Below are positions 26,834-36,550 of a stretch of 64,000 bases of DNA, in pieces; positions within the stretch are counted from its first letter, which is position 1; each line of letters opens with the position of its first letter. The stretch comes from a virus (lineage: Duplodnaviria > Caudoviricetes), in the IMG/VR virus record IMGVR_UViG_3300048502_000015, positions 64,001 to 128,000 of that record; one strand, 5' to 3'. The notes beneath the pieces are model-generated. The model was not told the DNA's origin. It worked only from the letters and a program-made list of their open reading frames with translations, and made no database searches. The position numbers were made by a program, and so were the translations under genes.

Positions 26834-29613
26834 TAGTTACTGAACGTCATTGCTTTATGTTGTTTGGTAGGTTTTGCTGTTGCTCGAATCGGCTCCACTA
26901 ATGCCGCTACCATATTAGGAGGAAGATCGGGATTAGAATATCCTTCCATTATTGCTGGAGCAGAGAGGGTAGCAACGGTTGTAAATCCTCCCTCATAATC
27001 CCAAGTATGAGTCACGTCTTCGATGTACATTTGAATCCCGTGATTAGGGAAACCGACCTTCCCTCCCGGATACAATTCGGGCATAAAGGTGAATTCAAAC
27101 GGGGAGATAAATTGTCTACTCCAGGCAAGACAAAATAGCTGATATGCCATTAACATTTCAAACAGCGGACTACGAACCATTGGATAATCCTGTACAAATG
27201 GCCTTGCCCCATATCGCTTGTAAAAGTCAACGGCTTCGGATTTTTCCATCAGGTTAATGAAGCTGTTATCTCCTCCGTTATTGGCCTTAACAATCTGATC
27301 TCCTGATGTCCCACTAACAAAAGCGTTGAAGATCGTTACCGTTCCGGCAGAGAATATCTCGTTGATCATTTGATTATTGGCAGGCCATGTCGTATTTCCA
27401 ATTGCAAAAACATCGGTGGCTAGATATGCATCGGTAAGTCTAATATCCCCATCCAGAAGCTCAATATCATCAATCAACCAATACGGATTGTGATGGCCAA
27501 ATTCTCCGAAATAGTCAGGGTAGAATGCATAGAAATCTCCATTAGGAAGAGACATGAAGTTTCGAAGCGAAGCTTGGGTCATCTGCTGAACAAACGGAAG
27601 AAGATTTTGATCCTGTAGAAGCCCTCGATGCTGTTGTCCAAGCATGATGGCCTCGGTTGTATCTTCAAGGGTCGGAACCTCAAGTTGTGATACAAACGCG
27701 GTTGCCAACGATGTGCTCATAATGCTGCTAGACCCATCTGCATTTAGTCCCGATGCATCCGGTACAGATGTGTTTCCCGCATACGTCGATGTATGTTTAG
27801 TATTCAGCGCCGCTGGAAGAATATGGTAGGTTTGGAAATTAGCCAAGTAACTACTTGGAGGAGCATCCGGCAACCATCCTACTCCGGCTCCATTTACTGG
27901 CGAACTTCCGTCGTCAGATGTTCCCCAATAACGTCCATTGATTTGCATAAATGTATGATCGTTAGGAACCGTGGGGTTTATGAATACGTTTACTCCTGTA
28001 GATCCCAAGAATGGTCCGGGGGCAGCAAACGAGGCAATAGCTGAAGCCAAAGTTTCTGTGCCCTGGGGACTTGTAAGGATACCTGCGGCCCCTAATACAG
28101 CGCTCACAGCACCAGAACAATCAAATCCAACAACCTTAGGACCAGTAGAAACTACTCCCCCACTTTCCCCCGGAGCACCCAAAGTAGGAACGCCCAGTTG
28201 TCCGTGTCCACCACCCCAAGAATATGGATAATTTTGCTTGTCGATGTCATTTGCAGCAGATTCGATATCATCAAGACGAGTTGCTTGAGATGCTGCCGAT
28301 TTGTTGGTTTTCTTATCCGTGAATCCTCGCTGAGAGGTTAGGTTATCTGTTGTCGGAAGACTTGCGTTACCAAAAATCCCCGTATTGGAGTTAACGTTAG
28401 ATTGAGAGTTTCCTTTCGACACTTTAACCGTTGAAGAGGCGCTACCATATTGGGTTAGATAGGATTTGGCATTGGCTAAAGCGGTTGACCAATAGGTGAC
28501 ATATCTTTGGTTGTGACCCTGTTGGATAGATTGAACGACCCCTTGGGTTGTTTCGGCCCATAGTTGTAGGTTATTGGCAAGCGAAGGATTTTTCTGTAGC
28601 TGATAAACCGCTGCATTGCAGAAAAGTCCTGTAGCGATTCCAAGATCGTATGTATCCGCTTGCGTGGGAACTTCTGAGGAATCTGGATAAGGAGGTTCAG
28701 TAATGCTCATCTGGAACAAACCATAGTAAGAGGTTCCTGGCGTGTGCATATTTGTTCCGTAGTTAGACTCAATATCCATTGTGGCTAGAGGCAATTCGGC
28801 AGGAATTCCGGCCTTATCAGCAATCGCCTTTACCTGAGGAACAATTTGGTCAATTCCGTTTACCTGTCCGGTTGATTGTGCCGTAACAGTGTTTCCTCCC
28901 CCAGATCCCTGTGCCCCTCCAATGACATCGTTCATGAAGGCAGTAAATTCTTCTTGGGTCGAAGCTTCTTCTTTTTGGAAACTTCTCATCAAGTGGGCCA
29001 TCAAAGCAGCCACTCCATTTGGTCCGCTTGGAATTGGCTCGATGTAAACTCGTGAGTCATTCCATTCACCGATGTCCGTCATCACGGCATAAAGAAGCTT
29101 GCTGATAGAAGCGTCGTTGAGGATTACCTTTGACAAATCGGCGCTGTCATTTGTAGCCCCGCTTCCTGCCGCATACGGGCTAATGATGCTTCCCGAACCA
29201 GAGTTGAACCAGCCATATTTCTCAAAGAACTTGATGACATATGGAAGGGATGGGTCGAAGAACGTATAGAGAAGTTTCTTCAACGTACAAGAGGCGTTTA
29301 ATTGGATTGTCCCCGGATACATCTGATAGTACGGAGTGTCATCAAGAAATCCCGTGAACACTCGAACCGGCTGATTAGCTAATCGTTGGAGAAAGATCGT
29401 AATAGGATCTTGGGGATGGAAAGCCTGACCGATTCCCGGCTTGGTGAAGATCTTATTTGGGTTACGTAAGGTAACTTCAGCCGTTGAAACCTGTCCCACT
29501 AATCGATTGACTTGGCCCGCCGTGACGTAGTTAGATACATCGATGATTTCACCACTTTGGTTCTTGATGAATGTCCAACACTTCGGACTATAGATCAGAC
29601 GTTGGATACCCAT
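26833..29613 (-). CDS. Baseplate hub protein with internal lytic-transglycosylase-like and NlpC/P60 domains
   Basis: Hub-like termini (RVFTGFLD; MPELYPG...MYIEDVTHTWD); DIESNYG...GLFQM; PYSWGGGH...GFDCSG...HTFM. Confidence 0.8.
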   Translation of the reverse strand: MGIQRLIYSPKCWTFIKNQSGEIIDVSNYVTAGQVNRLVGQVSTAEVTLRNPNKIFTKPGIGQAFHPQDPITIFLQRLANQPVRVFTGFLDDTPYYQMYPGTIQLNASCTLKKLLYTFFDPSLPYVIKFFEKYGWFNSGSGSIISPYAAGSGATNDSADLSKVILNDASISKLLYAVMTDIGEWNDSRVYIEPIPSGPNGVAALMAHLMRSFQKEEASTQEEFTAFMNDVIGGAQGSGGGNTVTAQSTGQVNGIDQIVPQVKAIADKAGIPAELPLATMDIESNYGTNMHTPGTSYYGLFQMSITEPPYPDSSEVPTQADTYDLGIATGLFCNAAVYQLQKNPSLANNLQLWAETTQGVVQSIQQGHNQRYVTYWSTALANAKSYLTQYGSASSTVKVSKGNSQSNVNSNTGIFGNASLPTTDNLTSQRGFTDKKTNKSAASQATRLDDIESAANDIDKQNYPYSWGGGHGQLGVPTLGAPGESGGVVSTGPKVVGFDCSGAVSAVLGAAGILTSPQGTETLASAIASFAAPGPFLGSTGVNVFINPTVPNDHTFMQINGRYWGTSDDGSSPVNGAGVGWLPDAPPSSYLANFQTYHILPAALNTKHTSTYAGNTSVPDASGLNADGSSSIMSTSLATAFVSQLEVPTLEDTTEAIMLGQQHRGLLQDQNLLPFVQQMTQASLRNFMSLPNGDFYAFYPDYFGEFGHHNPYWLIDDIELLDGDIRLTDAYLATDVFAIGNTTWPANNQMINEIFSAGTVTIFNAFVSGTSGDQIVKANNGGDNSFINLMEKSEAVDFYKRYGARPFVQDYPMVRSPLFEMLMAYQLFCLAWSRQFISPFEFTFMPELYPGGKVGFPNHGIQMYIEDVTHTWDYEGGFTTVATLSAPAIMEGYSNPDLPPNMVAALVEPIRATAKPTKQHKAMTFSN

Positions 29614-30386
29614 TAGAAGGAAAACCCATTAGGACCGAAAGGATCAAGTGACGGAAGATTAGAGGTTCCCGTTGTTACTTGCTTTGTATCTGACGTAACA
29701 ACTGGGGCAACCCCGAGTTGGGCCTGCATGATATCCGACCAAGTTTGAAGTTCATTTGCGGTTACTGTGTCTTCGGAGTAGATTCCTGATATCATGTCAT
29801 CTACAACAAAGCTAAAGGTAAAGACCGGAGAGTAAACAAATTTCTCATGAGCACGAGCTATTGAGCCAATGTGACCTTTAGCCACAACGGGTCTACGCGG
29901 ACCCTTAACGGTTTGTTGTCCATTTTTGTTTACGTGAATTTTCTTCTTGAATTTCCAAGTATCCCCTTTAACCAAAAGTTGGGTTAGACGACCAGAATGA
30001 TGAAGGGACTTATGTTGAGACTGATGAATGAATTCGCACAGGACCCCATATTCCACTTGGTCAAGACAAACTCCCGTTATGGTAAATGACGGCTGGACGA
30101 AATTCTTTGGATAGAAATCCTGTTTGTATCGAGACTGAGCAGTTGATCCGCCAAGGGCGATGTCGATTTCTACATCGGTGACGAAAAAGTTGAAGAAGTA
30201 TTTTCCGTCGTGGAGTTGGCCATTGGTTCTTTTTAGAGCCTTTTGTTTACGGGCTTGGCCAAGTGTATTTACAACATCATAGCCTTGGTCAACCGTGACT
30301 TTCCCTCCCCAATTAGTAAGAGAAGAATTTGCTAATGTAGGAGAAAAGGCGGTGCCGCCCGTATACATTGAAGGTGTTGTGGCCAT
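29613..30386 (-). CDS. Tail/baseplate protein (tube initiator-like)
   Basis: Lies between the tape measure and hub genes; late promoter motif at its start. Confidence 0.55.
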   Translation of the reverse strand: MATTPSMYTGGTAFSPTLANSSLTNWGGKVTVDQGYDVVNTLGQARKQKALKRTNGQLHDGKYFFNFFVTDVEIDIALGGSTAQSRYKQDFYPKNFVQPSFTITGVCLDQVEYGVLCEFIHQSQHKSLHHSGRLTQLLVKGDTWKFKKKIHVNKNGQQTVKGPRRPVVAKGHIGSIARAHEKFVYSPVFTFSFVVDDMISGIYSEDTVTANELQTWSDIMQAQLGVAPVVTSDTKQVTTGTSNLPSLDPFGPNGFSF

Positions 30387-30405
30387 CGCTTATTATGGCT
30401 TGGTT
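30386..30405 (-). promoter_or_regulatory. Putative late promoter; leaderless
   Basis: aaC-caagcca-TAAT-aagc-GA(TG). Confidence 0.65.
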
Positions 30406-30410
30406 TACTA

Positions 30411-31190
30411 CTATGACTTCTTTTTCTTCTTGGGAGCCGCTACTTGCTTTTGACCCTGGGATTTTCCGCCGTAATCTCCAAATGACGGAGAAGAGCCAAT
30501 TCCGTCCCAGACAGATGAGAAGTCCCCCTTCATGTATGAAGGGATAATGCTGTTGAAATAGTTCTCAGATTTTGAAATCTGCTGAAGAGAAGTTTGGGTA
30601 TTGGAAGCAACGTATGTTTGAAACGGATTGGTATTTGGATTTCCTGAATTCGGGCTTATGAGACTAGAGATAGAGAAAATTCCACTTCCGATGTCAGCCG
30701 GATTATCATCATCCCCGGTAGACGAGGAAACTTGGGCGGCAATTAGATCCTTAATCGCCTCAACATCCCCAGAGTCATCAACGACGTGCGCCACAATTCC
30801 CCATTGGGGAGCTATGATTTCTAGACCATAAGCAAATCCGGGGGCTGATTTTGGTTGAATCTTGAAAGACCAATTTCGAGGAAGATAATGGAGGGTCATG
30901 GGGTTTTGATCATAGAATGTTCCTCCGGGGGTGTTTCCTCCGTGCCCCTGACTTGCGATTGTCATGTACTGAGCAAAGAAGGCATAGATATTTTCCATTT
31001 CCCTTTGACTACTTAGTTCTCCCTCGATTGTAAGATCGTCAATAAAGACACTAAGGATTTGGACAACCTCCCCTTTGTATGTCGGGAAAGTAACCGTATT
31101 AAGGTTGTATGCCCACTGAATTGAGTCGGGATTTACACTTACGATAAGTGTCCCGACTTGAGGATGAGTGAAGGAAAGATTAGAGGCCAT
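30411..31190 (-). CDS. Tail tube initiator/baseplate-tube junction protein
   Basis: VNPDSIQWAY...TYKGEVVQ...LTIEG; directly follows the tape measure gene. Confidence 0.55.
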   Translation of the reverse strand: MASNLSFTHPQVGTLIVSVNPDSIQWAYNLNTVTFPTYKGEVVQILSVFIDDLTIEGELSSQREMENIYAFFAQYMTIASQGHGGNTPGGTFYDQNPMTLHYLPRNWSFKIQPKSAPGFAYGLEIIAPQWGIVAHVVDDSGDVEAIKDLIAAQVSSSTGDDDNPADIGSGIFSISSLISPNSGNPNTNPFQTYVASNTQTSLQQISKSENYFNSIIPSYMKGDFSSVWDGIGSSPSFGDYGGKSQGQKQVAAPKKKKKS

Positions 31191-33149
31191 TTAGTGAACC
31201 GGGGTAGAGTAGTCTAACATCGGGTCAGCCGCATGATTAGAAGTTAGCTCTCCTCCAGCGTGCATAGTAAGCGTTGTGGCGTTTGTATTCTGTTTGAACC
31301 ACTTAGCAGCCGCTCCAGTAAATTGGATGCCAACCTTCTGCTGGTTGTTATAGATCTGCTGTTTTCCGACCTTTCGAAGGGCTGCATTAAGATCATTTGC
31401 TCTCTCGTGAAGGGGATCTTTGGAATAGGCAGCCAAATCTTTTGCGCTGACCCCTGCTTTTCTTGCTTCGTTAGAAATCTTAGCCCAACTTACCCAACTG
31501 TCTCCTCCCTCTGAATCTGGCTTTCCGCTATTAAGAAGCTCCATTTCGTGCCCGGTAAGGGTCGCTCCATGAGCTTCCATTTTCTTCATCTCGTTTTGCC
31601 ATCCTTCTTGGGAATTCAATAGTGATGAAGCCCTTGATGCCGCAGTAATCCTTCCTTGATTTCTCCAAAGTCGCTCAGCAATTGCAGGACTCTGGCCAAC
31701 CAATTGAGCCGCCTGAGCTATCTGACGTTCTCTCCCGGTTTGGACCATGACTCGAACCCCATCGATCATTCGATATGTCGGGGTATCAAGACCACTGGTA
31801 GAATTCATAGCCAACTTGAGAACCCCCAACATTCCCGCCGTCTGTGTTCCTGTATCGGCGGTAGCAAGTCCAGACGGCATGATTCCATACTGAGACATCA
31901 TGTATCCTTGATAAAGGGGGTTAGAATATTCTTCTCCGAGGATCTGAGGATCTAGTCCCGTGATTGTTGAGAATTGGGTCCCTGTAGCAGCCGCCTGTCC
32001 TTGAGTAGAACCAAATTCTTCTGCCGTTTGCATGAAGGCAAGAAGTGATTCGGCTGCTTGGTTAATTGGTTCTCTTGTCTCAATAGCAATTTGTCCAAAG
32101 TTCTTTAGAGAATCTGATAACTGTTGAATTGAGGTATCGCCGTTACGAGTGGCATTAGCAAATTGAGAAGCGATCTCGGGACTCATTCCTTGTTGTACAA
32201 GGGGGACAGAAAGATTCTGAGAAAGATTGTCTAGGGCGTTTCCGCTGAAACCTTGTTCTCCTAAACTGTCGATGATTTGTTTAGCGGCTTCCCCGCTAAT
32301 TCCAGCATTTGTTCTAAGAATCATCTCTTGAGCAAATGCTTGGGAACCTTGGGTAGAAGCCGCCGTACCTAATCCAGGAATAAGGGATAGTGGGTTTCTA
32401 AATCCTAAAACTGTACTTGGTCCTACGCTACTTCCCGTTGGGTTATAACCAAGATTGGCTCCGAAGGAATGAAACGATTCCCCTTGTCCAAGAACCCCTT
32501 TAACCCCCGAACTAATAAGGTGGAGTGTAGCCGCGTTCTGGTATCCTCTTTGAAGAAGACCTGCTGCTGCGGCACCAACCCTTCCTATTGTACTTGGGGC
32601 AGCACTCATGTCTCCTTGATTATAGGCGTCAATATCGGCTTGATTATACCCTCCGAAACTAGCTACTCTGGTTGCCAAGTCTCGGGCATACTGTAACTTA
32701 TCGTTTAGCTGCCAATCACCGAACTGAGGAATCTTGATTCCTTCGGAAAGCCCCTCGTTATACTGGCCCAAATTCACATTTGGAATAGGACTGGGCTGTA
32801 GTTTGTATTGAGCTTCGGTCATTCCCGGAGGAATAGAAGCGTTTGCACCGCTACCACCCAAAATAGCTGAAGCAAATCCTCTTAGACCACCCCTACCCCC
32901 GACACTTTCCAAAGCCTGTTCGGGAGCCACGGTTTTCATATTCGCTTGTTGATTATTTGAATCCACAAGTTGATCTTGAAGCCGATTTGCGGAATCGGGG
33001 TTAGCTACATTTGCGTAATAGCTATTGAGTTGCTTAAGCTGGGCCACCAGTTGTTCGGTAGCGTTATAGAGATGCTTCTGAATGTTAACGGCGGGAGTAC
33101 TAGATCCCTGAGTAGGATCGCCGCCCGTATTAGAGGAAGATGTGGACAT
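31191..33149 (-). CDS. Tape measure protein
   Basis: About 650 aa, Ala/Gly/Gln-rich and helical; follows the tail assembly chaperones. Confidence 0.7.
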   Translation of the reverse strand: MSTSSSNTGGDPTQGSSTPAVNIQKHLYNATEQLVAQLKQLNSYYANVANPDSANRLQDQLVDSNNQQANMKTVAPEQALESVGGRGGLRGFASAILGGSGANASIPPGMTEAQYKLQPSPIPNVNLGQYNEGLSEGIKIPQFGDWQLNDKLQYARDLATRVASFGGYNQADIDAYNQGDMSAAPSTIGRVGAAAAGLLQRGYQNAATLHLISSGVKGVLGQGESFHSFGANLGYNPTGSSVGPSTVLGFRNPLSLIPGLGTAASTQGSQAFAQEMILRTNAGISGEAAKQIIDSLGEQGFSGNALDNLSQNLSVPLVQQGMSPEIASQFANATRNGDTSIQQLSDSLKNFGQIAIETREPINQAAESLLAFMQTAEEFGSTQGQAAATGTQFSTITGLDPQILGEEYSNPLYQGYMMSQYGIMPSGLATADTGTQTAGMLGVLKLAMNSTSGLDTPTYRMIDGVRVMVQTGRERQIAQAAQLVGQSPAIAERLWRNQGRITAASRASSLLNSQEGWQNEMKKMEAHGATLTGHEMELLNSGKPDSEGGDSWVSWAKISNEARKAGVSAKDLAAYSKDPLHERANDLNAALRKVGKQQIYNNQQKVGIQFTGAAAKWFKQNTNATTLTMHAGGELTSNHAADPMLDYSTPVH

Positions 33150-33168
33150 CAATAATTATTGCTTAGCT
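33149..33168 (-). promoter_or_regulatory. Putative late promoter; leaderless
   Basis: agC-taagcaa-TAAT-tatt-GA(TG). Confidence 0.6.
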
Positions 33169-33183
33169 TTTTCCTACAAGGTG

Positions 33184-33199
33184 TGATATAATTGGTAAT
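33184..33199 (+). promoter_or_regulatory. Extended -10 leaderless promoter
   Basis: TG-A-TATAAT, 7 nt, then ATG 33200. Confidence 0.7.
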
Positions 33200-33448
33200 A
33201 TGGATGATTACTACAGTGAATATCCTCACGTATCAACCAATACGTATCCGGGTGATCCAAATCTATTCAATCCGCTTAAGATTTTCTTCTTTTGGGGGCT
33301 TTTGGTACACGTAATCCCATTGATTGGCCTATATTTCATTTGGTTAATGATTATAGGACATGTTGTAGCCGTAATCGGATTGATAGCAACGGCATTCGTC
33401 TGGGTTATGGCATTTCGTTGGGCCTTGAGAGTCGGCAAGACCCTTTAA
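33200..33448 (+). CDS. Small membrane protein (moron-like, opposite strand)
   Basis: 82 aa with two hydrophobic segments and its own promoter. Confidence 0.7.
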   Translation: MDDYYSEYPHVSTNTYPGDPNLFNPLKIFFFWGLLVHVIPLIGLYFIWLMIIGHVVAVIGLIATAFVWVMAFRWALRVGKTL

Positions 33449-33805
33449 CCCCAGGCGTTCTCTTCCTCTAGCATCTTAAGGAAGTTTTCAAAATCCTCGG
33501 GGCTATTCTGATCAATGAAGCGAATGTCGTGTTGATCGTCTAGTCTAAACTTCTCCGGATTCAACATACGTTCCCAAACTTCGGGATTGGTGTGGCCCAT
33601 TTCTGCCAGAATCTTGGCAGTATACTCGGCGTTACTTAGCTCTACCTTTGCCTCTTCTTCCTTCCAGAGAAGGAAGTTAAGCATTTCAGTTTGAGCTAAG
33701 TTGAGATCGGGATATCCCCAGAAGTCTCTTCGTTGGAAAAATCCCTGTCGGTCAAGTTGTCGGCAGAGGTAGTAGATAGGGTCCGCCCCTTCTCGTAAAA
33801 ATCCC
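33445..33805 (-). CDS. Tail assembly chaperone -1 frameshift extension (gpGT-like)
   Basis: The -1 frame is open from the GGGATTTTT site at 33805-33797 into ORF 33445..33684 (LREGADPIYYLCRQLDRQGFFQRRDFWGYPDLNLAQTEMLNF...). Confidence 0.75.
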
Positions 33806-34247
33806 GCAACGCACCAATAGCACCAAAAGATTCCTTTTCAAGTTTAACCCATTCGCTAAAGAGATATTCAAGGGTCAACTGGTTCCAGCCGGTTCTTCCA
33901 CCGTTATTTGCGTCTTGTTCTCCGGTTACATAACGAAGGCGAACTCTAACAAATTCTTCAAGATTTGGTCCAGCCGGAGGAAGAAACGCCGAATCTCCGT
34001 CAATGGAAACCAGAGCCATTCCTACATGAGCGTTGTTGTATACGTCACGAGCAGCAAGGGTGTCCTGCCAAGGAGCAATGACCTTAGCAATCTCGGCCTT
34101 TTCCATTGGCTTTAGGGTTCTTAGCACAAAAGAGTGGCCACAAAACTTTACTTCCTTCTGAAGATTCCCCAACCAAATTAGGCCCAACACGGCCTCTTTA
34201 TGTTCTGCTGGAAACTTATCCCAGGGATCTGAACTAACTTCTGCCAT
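33696..34247 (-). CDS. Tail assembly chaperone (gpG-like)
   Basis: Lies between the tail tube and tape measure genes; HSFVLRTL motif; slippery sites near the 3' end. Confidence 0.8.
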   Translation of the reverse strand: MAEVSSDPWDKFPAEHKEAVLGLIWLGNLQKEVKFCGHSFVLRTLKPMEKAEIAKVIAPWQDTLAARDVYNNAHVGMALVSIDGDSAFLPPAGPNLEEFVRVRLRYVTGEQDANNGGRTGWNQLTLEYLFSEWVKLEKESFGAIGALRDFYEKGRTLSTTSADNLTDRDFSNEETSGDIPIST

Positions 34248-34273
34248 ATACGCCTTTCTCCCTTACGGGAACT

Positions 34274-34921
34274 TTAACTTGAAACGTTATCGCGTAGATT
34301 GAACGCGATGTTTTGAGCGCCGTTACGAGTCATGTAACGATAACTGATTGTAATCTGCTTGATAACCTCAAGCGTTGAAACTTGGATTTGTTCGCCGTCG
34401 ATAACGTTGGTGATAACGCAACCATGATATTCTTCTGTGTAAGGGGTTGTTTGTGCGGCTGTATTTCCCCCGATAGCAAGCGGACGGATAATCTTAACGA
34501 CCTGAAGTTTATCGGGAGTCATTTGTGCCTGACGGATGAAGATTTCAACAATGTCAGTGGCACCCGTGAAAGGACCCGTACCAAAGCCCCCTGTGAAGCC
34601 GTTTCCAGGGTCCGCAAATGGATTAGAAGGAGATGAACCCGTAATGCTCGCTCCTAGTGCATCCCAAATTTTAGAGGCTGTTCCACCGCTTCCAAATAGT
34701 TCGAAGATATTGAGAGTGATTTGTCCTGCTCCTGCTGCTACAGGAGTGATGATCTCGATTGGATACGGTTCATCCATCGGCTGAATTACTGACATTCCTT
34801 GGCCAACGGGCTGAGGGGATTGATGGGCAACCTGCTGACAAAAGGCAATCGGTTGACCACCAAAGGTGAACGTAGTTAATACGCCTCCTGTTCGAACTCT
34901 TGATTGTGGTGCAGTTGCCAT
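34274..34921 (-). CDS. Tail tube protein
   Basis: Directly after the sheath; YHGCVIT...DGEQI...KQITISY. Confidence 0.75.
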   Translation of the reverse strand: MATAPQSRVRTGGVLTTFTFGGQPIAFCQQVAHQSPQPVGQGMSVIQPMDEPYPIEIITPVAAGAGQITLNIFELFGSGGTASKIWDALGASITGSSPSNPFADPGNGFTGGFGTGPFTGATDIVEIFIRQAQMTPDKLQVVKIIRPLAIGGNTAAQTTPYTEEYHGCVITNVIDGEQIQVSTLEVIKQITISYRYMTRNGAQNIAFNLRDNVSS

Positions 34922-34940
34922 CGCTAATTATATTCCGTAG
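34921..34940 (-). promoter_or_regulatory. Putative late promoter; leaderless
   Basis: taC-ggaata-TAAT-tagc-GA(TG). Confidence 0.6.
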
Positions 34941-34944
34941 TTGG

Positions 34945-36471
34945 TTATGAAGTTGTCGTAGAATCAGATGTCGTTACGACACTGTTTGTAAGATCTAGCG
35001 AGAAGGTCACGTTTACATACTTGACCGTGAATGCAGGTCGGTAAGAGAATGTTGCCGTAATGACGGTTGGGTTAAGCGAAATCAAAGAACATACAGGAAC
35101 GCTGTACGAGATAAGAGATCCAGCCTGCTGTAGCTGAGACAATACTCCGGAGATTGCTGAACGAACCACGTATGGAGAGTTGGAGTCTGCGATGATCTGT
35201 CCAATAATTTGATTCTCAAGGGTAGCCTTAACAGATTCAATCATCTGGAACTTGGCTCGAACAACCGAAAGACTTGATCGCGCTGCTCCCGTTGAATCCA
35301 TTGTTAGGTCATCTCGACAACGAACGGTCTGGGAGTTCGTAAGTTGCTCCATAACCATAAGTCCGTCACCGGCATCAGTGTTCTTATCACTTAGCTGGCG
35401 ATAATCAAGAACCGCACTAAATCCAGAAATAGTTTGTCTACATAGGGAGGCCGATACTGGTCGGGCAGCTAAAGCTCCAGCAACAGCGGCAGCCATGTAC
35501 TGTCCACCAACGGCTAGTCCATTTTGATTTGAAGAAGGAAGAGGGACCTGGAAGTTCGAGGTATTGATCATGACATTTTGCTGATTAAGGGCACCGGCAT
35601 ATCGACTCTCTAGGGTCGAAGCATGAGATCGAATAGTAGCCATTTGTGCTACCGAATTAGAGGAGCTACTATCTTCCCCGAAAATCCCGAAAATGAACTG
35701 TTCCTGACCGTTCATAAAGGTTTCGTGATCTTGGACAGCTTCAAAAACAGAAAGTTGGACTGAATCGGTAACGCTAGTCCATGACTGACCGATGATTGGA
35801 ACAATGATGTCGATGTTGTTGTAGTTTCTAAGAACGTAAAGGGTATCCGCCCAAGTCGATGCTGTAGCAATTTGGGTAGCATTTGGCTGCCCCTGTGCCG
35901 TAGTAGGGTTACCAGGAGTAGCTCGAACGAAAAGTGGCTGGCAGATAACTGATCCTGCGCCATTCTGGAAGGCGTTAAGTGCAGCGAAACTCATTGGGGA
36001 GCTAATTGCTGTACCAGCGGTGTTGAATGCTGGTCCATAAAGAGACTGGACGGCTCCAAGACTATTAAGCATAACTGCGTTGAAGTAACCCAACGGGATA
36101 TATGTGTAGGTTACGTAGAGAAGAACCCCACCAGAATAAGGAATCGTTCCTCCTGATCCGGTAGCGACGGCTGTAATGGTTCCCGTACCAGTGTTAACCG
36201 TATAATCTGTAGTCAACGCATATCCCGCCGACGTAGGATTCAAAACGTTTGTGACCGAAGTTACGGCGACAAGGGTAGCTCCCGGATTTGCAACTAGAGT
36301 AGGAAGTGTGTTAGCGGTTGTACCGGAAACAAGGATTTGATCAGTGGCCGTTTGAAATCCCTGAACGGGGGCAACTATACAGACATTTGAACTAGGAGAA
36401 ATCTGCGGAGCAGTACCAGCATAAATAATCTGTTCTACTACTGACGCTCCTGGGGCAATGTATAGTGACAT
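34945..36471 (-). CDS. Contractile tail sheath protein
   Basis: N-terminal YIAPGASVVE, AFQNGA, AAAVAG and C-terminal SYRPAFTVKYVNVTF. Confidence 0.9.
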   Translation of the reverse strand: MSLYIAPGASVVEQIIYAGTAPQISPSSNVCIVAPVQGFQTATDQILVSGTTANTLPTLVANPGATLVAVTSVTNVLNPTSAGYALTTDYTVNTGTGTITAVATGSGGTIPYSGGVLLYVTYTYIPLGYFNAVMLNSLGAVQSLYGPAFNTAGTAISSPMSFAALNAFQNGAGSVICQPLFVRATPGNPTTAQGQPNATQIATASTWADTLYVLRNYNNIDIIVPIIGQSWTSVTDSVQLSVFEAVQDHETFMNGQEQFIFGIFGEDSSSSNSVAQMATIRSHASTLESRYAGALNQQNVMINTSNFQVPLPSSNQNGLAVGGQYMAAAVAGALAARPVSASLCRQTISGFSAVLDYRQLSDKNTDAGDGLMVMEQLTNSQTVRCRDDLTMDSTGAARSSLSVVRAKFQMIESVKATLENQIIGQIIADSNSPYVVRSAISGVLSQLQQAGSLISYSVPVCSLISLNPTVITATFSYRPAFTVKYVNVTFSLDLTNSVVTTSDSTTTS

Positions 36472-36493
36472 TCAAGTTCCTAAAGTAAATCTT

Positions 36494-36513
36494 TCATTCA
36501 TTATCTCGTTGTT
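36494..36513 (-). promoter_or_regulatory. Putative late promoter for the sheath gene
   Basis: aaC-aacgaga-TAAT-gaat-GA, then a short leader with an AGGA RBS. Confidence 0.6.
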
Positions 36514-36550
36514 CAGATAAGGAAGATAGGACTCAGATTGCTATTTGTCC

